From assembly GCA_964499705.1 (NCBI GenBank), contig CAZCME010000014.1, forward strand, positions 62,001-106,628: a stretch of 44,628 nt of DNA, written 5' to 3'. A model generated the notes under the pieces. It was given only the letters and a program-made list of their open reading frames with translations, made no database searches and was not told the DNA's origin. Position 1 is the stretch's first letter, and every line of letters begins with the position of its first letter. The translations under genes were made by a program, and so were the position numbers. Positions 18,890 through 27,500 of the stretch are shown in pieces. The stretch is from an uncultured bacterium. Its GTDB lineage: Bacteria; UBA8481.

Positions 18890-20836
18890 TCAGATTTCAG
18901 GAGACATGACGAGGGAATCGAGCGCGAAATCGACATTCCCCTGGTTTCCCGCGAAGTAGAGATCACACCAGGAGATCGCCTGGAGGTCGAGGACTCCGTT
19001 GCCGCCGTTGTTGCCCCACGAGTCCCGCACGTTCAGTTTCTCGAGCGGGATCCGATACGTATGCCAGTCGCCGGTGCCGATCATTTCCGGCGATTCGTAG
19101 CTCTCTCCGTCCGCGCCGCGCGCTCCGGAGAAACTTTCCGCATCCGAAGCCGCGGCGCCCGCCTCGGCCAGAAAGACACGGAAGGCGATCCCCTTCGGGA
19201 TCCGGACTCGTACTTGGAGCGACTTCGCGCCCGTGACATCGATGCCGTCCCTGCCGTCCGCCGTGAAGAAGAAGGACCAGCCATATCCCCAGCCGTGGCC
19301 GGTCGGTCCCTTCGACTTGAACCATTCCGTGCCGCCCTTGCCGCGCGTTGCCGATGCGCCGCCGCCCGCGTCGCCCCAAAACACCGGATCCTTCGCCGAC
19401 GGTTTCGCGGCCGCAAGGATCGGAACGGCGGCGTTCACAGCCGGAGCATCCGACGAGGCCAGGGGTGTGCCCAGGCTGGGAGGGGGAAGCGGCATCGCGG
19501 CGGCATGAAGCTGATCGCACGAAGCGTTCACGTCCTTGAAGGCAGCGATCAGTTCGTCATAGTCCTTGTCGTACACATCGACAAGACCGTAGTTGCTGTT
19601 CTCGCCGTCGAACGTCCTCCCGCCGGGAGACTGGTCGAAGAGGAGAAACCAGTGATACCCGATCACGAAGGGACAGGAGACGAGCTCCGTGATGTACGTG
19701 CGGAGCCTTTTCGCGCGGTCGGCCTGGGTCGGGACGGTCACGTCCGCGCCGCCGGTATTCATGTCGCCGCTCCGGTTTTCCATCGCGCGGTACGAAAACT
19801 CCGTGATCATGATCGGCTTCCCGGTCAGCTCGTGGAAATGGCGGAGAAGTTTCTTCGGGATGTGGCCGCTCTTCCTGTAGAGGTTCAAGCTGAAGACATC
19901 GACGTATTTTCCGAGGGCGCGGATGACGGGATCGGGAGCAAAGCCCGCGATGCGGACACCCAGGTTCAGGTGGTTCGGATCGAGCTCCTTCAGGACGCGC
20001 GAAACGACCTTGCCGTACTGCTCCGCCACCACTCCCATGAACTCCTCGACGTCCTCCGCGGCGCGCGATCCTTTTCCGCGAAACGATGTCGCGTTCGCGA
20101 GTCCGTCGAAATCGGCGGCATCGATATCCCATGACTCCTTCAGCTTGCCGAAATCCCCGTCATAGCGCGCCTGGAAAAATTCCACCAATGCCGATTTTCC
20201 CTTGCCGGATGCGGGCAGCGCCGCGAAGCGTTCCAGGAGAGTAGGCGAGCCGGACGGCCATCCCCACATGCCGTACCAGGGCAGCTCGTTGTCGGTGAAA
20301 TATCCGATCAGGCTCCTGGAGCCGGCCCACTTCTCGACGTTCGGCTTCGCCCGCGCCCGGATCATCGAATCGTAGTCGTCGTCGAAGACCTTGATGAGAT
20401 CGGCGTTGCCGGTCATATGAAGCGTGACGGTGAAAGGCATGCCGGACGCGTAAACCGCATCGGCCGACCAGGAACCGGCCGTGTTGAATCCCCATCCCTC
20501 GACGCGCGCGCGGAGCGAATTCGCCCAGGCGGTCGTGTCGAAACCGGGAACCTTCGTGACGTCATACCCGAACGACGTCGGCTTCACGGCTCCGTCATAC
20601 ATCAAGAGACAATTGACGCCGCGCGAGAAGAACGCGGTGCCGTCCGGCGCCGTGAGATTCCATCGCCCAGCTTCCACGGAAATCCCGAACCACCCGGTCG
20701 CGCTTCGCGCGCCCGCGACCGGAGCGGATGAAACCGGCGCCGTCGACGAACCCGCCCCGCACGCCGAAATCAGAACGAGCACCGAAAGGAAGAGAAACAG
20801 GAGCCGCATTCGGCTCCGGACAAGAAAGACAGGCAT
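18890..20836 (-). CDS. Lipoprotein glycoside hydrolase, GH50/agarase-like catalytic domain plus CBM11-like C-terminal domain
   Basis: Start ATG 20836 with GAGGAG RBS; lipobox LISAC. Motifs APDGTAFFSRGVN, WGFNTAGSWS, GYFTDNEL, ITEF, GYHWF and DGENSNYGLVD. A Pro/Ala linker precedes ADGESY...GDWHTYRIPL...GNGVLDL. Confidence 0.75.
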   Translation of the reverse strand: MPVFLVRSRMRLLFLFLSVLVLISACGAGSSTAPVSSAPVAGARSATGWFGISVEAGRWNLTAPDGTAFFSRGVNCLLMYDGAVKPTSFGYDVTKVPGFDTTAWANSLRARVEGWGFNTAGSWSADAVYASGMPFTVTLHMTGNADLIKVFDDDYDSMIRARAKPNVEKWAGSRSLIGYFTDNELPWYGMWGWPSGSPTLLERFAALPASGKGKSALVEFFQARYDGDFGKLKESWDIDAADFDGLANATSFRGKGSRAAEDVEEFMGVVAEQYGKVVSRVLKELDPNHLNLGVRIAGFAPDPVIRALGKYVDVFSLNLYRKSGHIPKKLLRHFHELTGKPIMITEFSYRAMENRSGDMNTGGADVTVPTQADRAKRLRTYITELVSCPFVIGYHWFLLFDQSPGGRTFDGENSNYGLVDVYDKDYDELIAAFKDVNASCDQLHAAAMPLPPPSLGTPLASSDAPAVNAAVPILAAAKPSAKDPVFWGDAGGGASATRGKGGTEWFKSKGPTGHGWGYGWSFFFTADGRDGIDVTGAKSLQVRVRIPKGIAFRVFLAEAGAAASDAESFSGARGADGESYESPEMIGTGDWHTYRIPLEKLNVRDSWGNNGGNGVLDLQAISWCDLYFAGNQGNVDFALDSLVMSPEI

Positions 20837-20862
20837 GGAGGAAGCTCCTCTGATAATGTCAT

Positions 20863-20911
20863 AGCAAGCGCTTGCACGACCACTATACGGGATGCTATCT
20901 CGATCTGTCAA
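20863..20911 (-). promoter_or_regulatory. Sigma70 promoter with LacI-type operator over the transcription start
   Basis: TTGACA (20911-20906), 18 bp, TATAGT (20887-20882); palindrome AGCAAGCGCTTGCA at 20863-20876. Confidence 0.75.
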
Positions 20912-20917
20912 TCAGAC

Positions 20918-20961
20918 TTTGGGAATCCTAAATCCGAATCCAAATTTGGGATTTGGGATTT
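20918..20961. repeat. AT-rich heptamer repeat and imperfect hairpin downstream of adk
   Basis: AATCCTA-AATCCGA-ATCCAAA followed by TTTGGGA-TTTGGGA-TT; the arms are 13/15 complementary. Confidence 0.6.
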
Positions 20962-21606
20962 TCATTCAAGCTCCCCCAGAACGCTCCGGAACACTTCCTC
21001 GATCGTGCCCGCTCCGTCCATGACCACGAGGCTTCCCTGCACCAGGTAGTACTCGTGCAGAGGTCTCGTCTTCTCCGCGTCGACTTCCAGCCGACGGCGG
21101 ATCGCGTCGGGTTCGTCGTCGGCGCGGCGCGTCAGCGAACCGGCGCAGTAATCGCAGATGCCGTCGATCCTGGGTCGACGAAAATGGATGTTGTAGTCCT
21201 TGCCGCAACCGTTGCACAAGAGCCTGCCGGAGAGACGTCGGACGATCGTTTCGGCATCGACCGAAAGCTCGATCACCCTGTCCAGCGCGAGCGCATGAGA
21301 CGAAAGCCACCGGTCGAGCGCCATGGCCTGGGGGAGTGTGCGCGGAAATCCGTCCAGGATGAACCCACGCTCGCGACAATCTTCGGCTGCGAGTCGCTCC
21401 GCAACGATCCCGATCACGATCTCGTCGGGCACGAGGTTTCCCTTGTCCGTCAGGGCTTTGGCCTGGAGTCCGAGAGGCGTGCCCGCTTTCATCGCGTCGC
21501 GGAAGATGAGGCCGGTCGAGATGTGCGGGGTCTTCAATTCCTTGCCGAGCCAGCGGGCCTGCGTACCTTTGCCCGCTCCGGGCGGGCCGAGCATCACGAG
21601 CCTCAT
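20962..21606 (-). CDS. adk: Adenylate kinase
   Basis: GPPGAGKGTQA P-loop, HISTG, GFILDGFPRT, zinc lid CNGC...CDYC and RADD. Confidence 0.95.
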   Translation of the reverse strand: MRLVMLGPPGAGKGTQARWLGKELKTPHISTGLIFRDAMKAGTPLGLQAKALTDKGNLVPDEIVIGIVAERLAAEDCRERGFILDGFPRTLPQAMALDRWLSSHALALDRVIELSVDAETIVRRLSGRLLCNGCGKDYNIHFRRPRIDGICDYCAGSLTRRADDEPDAIRRRLEVDAEKTRPLHEYYLVQGSLVVMDGAGTIEEVFRSVLGELE

Positions 21607-21772
21607 GAGCGTCCGGCTCGCTTCGACACGAATGAATTCATCCCTCTCATGACGCTATCCTTCCGGGCCGCAGTGCCCTCTCTTCATGAAACCGGTTGAA
21701 TGAATCAGCAATTGACGACTATGATACGCGACCTGTGAGCGAGGTAAACAAAATGCAAGAGGGGCTCGCCCC

Positions 21773-24373
21773 GTGAACGAAGTCGACCTGTCCGGATCAT
21801 GGAGCTTCCTCGTGGATTCCTCCGGCGCGCTCCCGCTCGACGTCGCTTCCTCCCGCTTGTTCGCATCCGGCTCGTCGATGACGCCCGTGCCCTCCCAATG
21901 GTCTCGCGTCGTCCCCGACCTCCTGCACTACCACGGCGTGGTCTTCTATGCCCGATCCTTCCACGCGACGCGTCCGACGGATGACTCCCGGATCCTGCTC
22001 GCGTTTGAAGGCGTCGATTACACCGCGACTGTCTGGGTCAATGGCCGCGAAGCCGGCGGTCACACCGGATATTTCGAGCCCTTCCGTCTCGATGTCACCG
22101 ATCTGATCCACGATGGCGACAACCAGCTCATCGTCCGCGTCGATGCCCCGAGGGACGACGGTTTCCCCGAGAAGAAATCCATCATCAAGGGAATCTTCGT
22201 CCATCATGATTGCAGGCCGGGCTCGGGTCATGCGCGCTTCGCGCAGAGCGAGCCGACAGGAGGCATCTGGGGATCGGTCCGGCTTGCGAGCACTGGTCCG
22301 GTCACGCTGGAGAATGTCATGATCCGGACGGAACTGACCGACGTGGCGGCGCTTGTCTTCGCGCGGTGCGAGCTTCGCAACCGCTCGCGGGAGGCCCGAT
22401 CGGTAGAAGTGAATTTCGAGGTGGAGGGAAAGACGTTCGAGATCGAGCCCATCCTCGGCACCGGATCCCTCTTTCTCGAACCGGGCTCTACCGCGGAGAT
22501 CGTGATTCCTCTCGTCGTGCAGGATCCCCGGCTCTGGTGGACCTGGACGGAGGGCAGGCCGGACCTGTACCGCGCGCGCATCGAGGTTTTCGAAACATCG
22601 CCGGAAGCGCGCGCGAGGCTGCTCGATGAACGCCGGGAGACCTTCGGCATCCGCACCATCGGCTTCGATCTCGAAACGCTCACGATGAAATTGAACGGCC
22701 GCCGCGTCTTCCACAAGGGCTCCAACTACATTCCCACCCAATGGCTCTCGACGTACTCCGCCGATCAGTATCGCGCCGATATCGAGCTCATGAGGGAAGC
22801 CAACATGAACGCGATCCGTGTCCACGCGCATGTGCTTCCCCGGTCTTTCTACGAGGCCGCGGACGAGGCGGGGATCCTGGTCTGGGCGGATTTCGCGCTC
22901 ATCTGGTCGTACGATTCCTCCGAGGAATTCGCCCGCGATGCGCTCGCTCAGTTCCGCGCCTTCATCCGCGGCTGGTTCAATCACCCCTCCATCTGGCTCT
23001 GGTGCGCCCATAACGAGGGCAGCGCCAACGATGCGCTCAATATCCGCATGGAAGCGCTCGGCCGCGAGCTCGATTCCACGCGCGTCAATCTGAAGAATTC
23101 CGGCAAGTGGCCGCCCGGCCCCGGCGGCTGGAACGACCACGAATACTCGGGATGGTATAACGGAAGCTATCTCGACTTCTACGGGAAGAATCATGTCTTC
23201 ATCACCGAGTACGGAGCGCAGGGCGTGCCGGCGCGGCCGGAGGAGATGTTCCGGAGCGGCGCCCAATGGCCGCCGGACCTGGACGAGTGGGAGTATCACG
23301 ATTTCCAGGTGACGCAGAATGAGAACCAGCTCGGGCCGCTCCTGCTGTACGACAACCTCGCCGACTTCGTGAGCGCCAGCCAGAAGTATCAGTACGACGT
23401 CGTCCGGTTCGCGACGGAAGCGTACCGCAGAAAAAAGTTTGCGCCGACGACCGGCTTGTATCACTTCATGTTCACGGAATGCTGGCCCGCCATCACGTGG
23501 GCCGTCGTCGATCACCGGCGCCGGAGAAAGATGGGATTTCACGCGCTGCGGGACGCGATGGCGCCCGTCATCGTCTCCATCGCGACCGACCGCCGCACGC
23601 TGGCGCCCGGAGAAATGGTCCGCGCCGGCATCTGGGTCGTCTCCGATCTCCGGATTCCGCTCGACGGCTGGACGCTCCGCTTCGACGCGGGCCGGGGCAC
23701 GCAGGAGCTGGCCGTGGATCTGCCGCCGGATTCTTCGCGCGAAATCCTGTCCTTCATCGCCGGAAGCGATCTCCCGGGTTCGATCGAGCTCCGCGCGGAG
23801 CTCCTCGACAGGCAGGGACGGATCGTTTCGGAAACGGAATGGGAGTTCATCGTGGAGAGCGGGGAATCCCGCGAAGGCGCGGCAACGCTTCTGGAGCTGA
23901 CGGATGGTTCCTGGAAATTCCAGATCGGAGACGATCCCGCGCGCGCGATGCTTGATTTCGATGACGCGGCATGGGGGAGCGTGACCTTGCCGTCGCACTG
24001 GGACACCAACGGCGGCGATACCATCGGATGGTACCGCCTGCATTTCGATGTGGGCAGCCTCGACCCCTTCATGCCCTATGCTCTGGAACTGGGCGCCGTG
24101 GACGAAGCCGATGAGACGTTCGTGAACGGCCGCTTCATCGGCAGGACGGGTGAATTTCCGCCGGCGGTGGCGGGCGGCGCGACGGCGAACACAAAGCGGA
24201 TGTACATCATCCCCGGAGGCGCACTGCGGGCGGGATCAAATCTCCTGGCCGTCCGGGTCCATCAGCCCCGGGGAAAAGGCGGGATCTGGAAAGGGCCGAT
24301 CCGCATCATTCCCGTCGACTCCCGGTTCCGATACCGCCCTGTCCGAAAAAACTATCCGCCCGTGGAGTCCTGA
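21773..24373 (+). CDS. GH2 glycoside hydrolase (beta-mannosidase-like) with extra C-terminal jelly-roll domain
   Basis: FEGVDYTATVWVNG, GGIWGSV, FGIRTI, NMNAIRVHAH, ADEAGILVWADF, NHPSIWLWCAHNE and ITEYG. C-terminal GWYRLHF...DETFVNG...GGIWKGP. No signal peptide. Confidence 0.88.
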   Translation: MNEVDLSGSWSFLVDSSGALPLDVASSRLFASGSSMTPVPSQWSRVVPDLLHYHGVVFYARSFHATRPTDDSRILLAFEGVDYTATVWVNGREAGGHTGYFEPFRLDVTDLIHDGDNQLIVRVDAPRDDGFPEKKSIIKGIFVHHDCRPGSGHARFAQSEPTGGIWGSVRLASTGPVTLENVMIRTELTDVAALVFARCELRNRSREARSVEVNFEVEGKTFEIEPILGTGSLFLEPGSTAEIVIPLVVQDPRLWWTWTEGRPDLYRARIEVFETSPEARARLLDERRETFGIRTIGFDLETLTMKLNGRRVFHKGSNYIPTQWLSTYSADQYRADIELMREANMNAIRVHAHVLPRSFYEAADEAGILVWADFALIWSYDSSEEFARDALAQFRAFIRGWFNHPSIWLWCAHNEGSANDALNIRMEALGRELDSTRVNLKNSGKWPPGPGGWNDHEYSGWYNGSYLDFYGKNHVFITEYGAQGVPARPEEMFRSGAQWPPDLDEWEYHDFQVTQNENQLGPLLLYDNLADFVSASQKYQYDVVRFATEAYRRKKFAPTTGLYHFMFTECWPAITWAVVDHRRRRKMGFHALRDAMAPVIVSIATDRRTLAPGEMVRAGIWVVSDLRIPLDGWTLRFDAGRGTQELAVDLPPDSSREILSFIAGSDLPGSIELRAELLDRQGRIVSETEWEFIVESGESREGAATLLELTDGSWKFQIGDDPARAMLDFDDAAWGSVTLPSHWDTNGGDTIGWYRLHFDVGSLDPFMPYALELGAVDEADETFVNGRFIGRTGEFPPAVAGGATANTKRMYIIPGGALRAGSNLLAVRVHQPRGKGGIWKGPIRIIPVDSRFRYRPVRKNYPPVES

Positions 24374-24447
24374 AGGCCGTCGGATCCGACACGGCACGTG
24401 TCACCGCGCCGGAGCGCCCGTCCGTCGAAATGCCCGAAAATCCCCCG

Positions 24448-24485
24448 TGCAATCGTTTGCATAACTCTTCTGAACCCTGTATGAT
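24448..24485 (+). promoter_or_regulatory. LacI-type operator overlapping the -35 of a sigma70 promoter
   Basis: TGCAATCGTTTGCA at 24448-24461; TTGCAT (24457-24462), 17 bp, TATGAT (24480-24485). Confidence 0.72.
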
Positions 24486-24555
24486 TTCCGATGCAAACCC
24501 ATGAACCCGGCGGGCGTACAAATGGCTCCTTCTGAATTCCCCCTACCCGATCCTC

Positions 24556-27500
24556 ATGCTTGAATCCCGCCGATTCCTCCTGCTCCTCGTCCTCTCCGGG
24601 CTCGGCTTCTCCTTCCTGATCCCGCCCGCGCACTCCGGCGCCACGCAGGTCACCGTCTCCGGCAGGAAGCTCCTTGTCGACGGCGTCCCGTGGACGGCCC
24701 GGGGCAGCGCCTACGCATCCACGCCGGTCGGCCAGGGCGGCGGATACAAGTGGTGGAAGAATACGACGCAGACCTACAAGCAGGATTTTCCGTATCTGAA
24801 GGCGATGAACGCGAATTCGTTCCGCACCTACGATCCCGTGGAGCGCGACGCGATCGTCGATTCCGCGGCGGCGCATGGCCTCTACATCATCATGGGGCTT
24901 TATCCGCCCGGGGGATCTGACTGGTCGAACGCGTCGACGCAGGATCTCCTCCGGAAGCAGTTCAAGAACATGATCCGGCAGCACAAGGATAATCCCGCGA
25001 TTCTCTTCTGGAATTTCGGCAACGAGGAGAACTATGACGGCTTCTCCCTCTCCGCCTGGTATTCGCTTTTGAACGCGGCCGCCGGGGACGGCCACGCGGA
25101 AGATACCTTCCATCCCATCGCATCCGCGAACGGCGACATCAACGATCTCGGCAGCGCGGGAAACCTGTCCAACGACGCCTCCATGACGAATCTCGATATC
25201 TGGGGCGCCAACGTCTACCGCGGCAATACGTTCGGTTCGCTCTTCGCCAGTTATCCCGCTCTCTCCGCCAAGCCTCTCTGGTTCTCGGAGCATGGTTGCG
25301 ACGCGTACAACGCCGTTTCCGTATCCGAGGACCAGGCGATGCAGAACACGGCGCTCCGGAACCAGATCCACCAGATCAGGAAGAACCAGTCGGACGATTC
25401 GAGCGGGGTCATGATCGGCGCATCGCAGTTCGAGTTCCTCGACGAATGGTGGAAATATTCAGGAGGAACGAACGCCGCGCATAACACGGAGAACAGTTCC
25501 GTCAACGCCAACTACTCCGATCCCGCCTTCAACGAGGAATGGTTCGGGATCGTCGCGATCGACGCCGGCGGCCTGAACCGTGTTCCCCGGACGGCGTACT
25601 ATACGATGCGCGATTCCTTCGCGCTCTGGAACGCCGCGACGAAACTGAAAGTCCTCGCGCGCGGCAACGCGGCCGCCGGAGAAACCGTCATCGTCTCCGT
25701 CTGGGCTCTCGACGATTCGAACCGCGTTTCGCGCGGGCATAACGGAGCCGTGACCGTGTCGTTCACGGAGCTCGGCACGAAGTCGGCGAATTCGCTCCGC
25801 AAGGGCGGAACCGCGCTCACGTTCGAAAGCGGAGTCGCGTCCACGTGGATCGTCGACACGGAACTGGAGCAGGTGAAGATCGACGCAACGGCGGGAGGAC
25901 TGACTGCCGCGCCTTCGCAGACGATCTCGTTCGGCGACCTGCTCCTGTACGGCAATCGCTACGGAGAAGGCCATCAGCCTCCGTGGGCCGTCGCCGTCGG
26001 TGGAGGCGACGCGTTGAGCCACGATCATCGCGCCTCCGATATCGCGATGGCCGAGGGCGACATGGGATTGAAGCTGACTTACACGAAGGCCGGCGGCGGC
26101 GCGTTCGCCGTGGAATACATGGAGGACGCCACCTATCCCATGAATGCGGCGCCCTTCGACACGTTCTCGTTCTGGGCGCGCTCGAGCATCGCGGGATTAT
26201 CGTTTACCGTGAGGTGCATCGAGAGCACGTACGGCGCCGGAGACATCGCCGAAAAAGTCGTCACGGTCACGTCCGCAAATTCGTGGCAGCGGATCTTCGT
26301 CCCGAAGTCGAGCTTCACGATCAATGCCGGAGCGGGCGGAAATGGAATCATGAACTGGCACAATCTCGTCCAATCTTTCGGCCTCGTCACTCCCAGCGCG
26401 TCCGCGACGATCTATATCGACGATATCCGCTGGACCGCCGACTCCGGTTCGCTCTCCTCCGCGATCGAGACTCCCGTCATCATGACCGTGACAGCCGCGA
26501 GCGACACCGCCGCGCGCTTCAGGGCGCCGGCGAGAATCGACACGGCCGCCGCGGGTGACACCGTCTGGTTCGCGAGCGAGACGCAGGTCGTTTCGCTCAC
26601 GGTGACCTTCGCCTCGCAGGCCGCCGACTCGCTCCGCGTCTCCGCCGTCTTCGACTCGGCGTTCCAGCAGGACAACTCCTCCCCCTTCACGGCGCAGTTC
26701 TTCATCAAGGCGCGGCACACGACCGATACGTTCGTGACGATCACAGTCTCCGACACCCTGGGCCAGTTCGACACGATGCTCCTTCGCCTTCGTTGCGACA
26801 GCGTCCCGCCGGACACGGTCGCGCATGTGAAGCCGCTTGCCGGAGCCTTCGACACGTCGCGGCCGACGTTTGTCTGGTCGAAATCCGCCGACAGCGGCAT
26901 CGGTGTCCGGTTCTATCGCCTCGAATTGTCCAACGGTCCCCTGTTCAGTTCCATCCTGACAACGGAAACCACCTCTCATCCCGATTCGGATCTCACTCTC
27001 GCGTCGAGCCTAACGGAGTCGATCTATTACTGGCGGATTCTCGCGGAAGACAGCGTCGGCAACGTCCGGACTTCCGGCGCGGCTGTCGACTCCTTCATCA
27101 TCGATTCGACCTCGCCTTCAGCGGCGCGCGGCATCGCACCGGCGCAAGGCTTCGAAACGCGCGCGACAACCATCGCTTTCATCTGGTCCGCTTCAGCGGA
27201 TTCTCTATCGGGCCTCGCCGGTTATCGCCTGCAAATCTCTACCTCGCAAAGTTTCTCCGCGCCCTTCGTCGATTCCTTGACCGGCAATGTCACGGCCTGC
27301 ACGACGGCCGTGCAGGGAAAAGACACCTGCTTCTGGAGGATCGTCGCGATCGACAACGCCGGCAACAGGACCAACGGGCCCGATTCCTGGTTCGTCCTCG
27401 ACACGACGCCTCCTGTCGCTCCCGCGCCCGCGCTGCCCGCCGCCGCGACCGAAACGCGGCAGACATCCATCCTCTTCACCTGGTCATCCGCGTCGGATAC

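Noticed and set aside
24556-24640. Twin-arginine-like SRRFLL in the giant protein's signal peptide
   Set aside because: It is an imperfect Tat motif, and a 2000-aa Ig-stalk protein is more plausibly Sec-exported. This cannot be decided from sequence alone.
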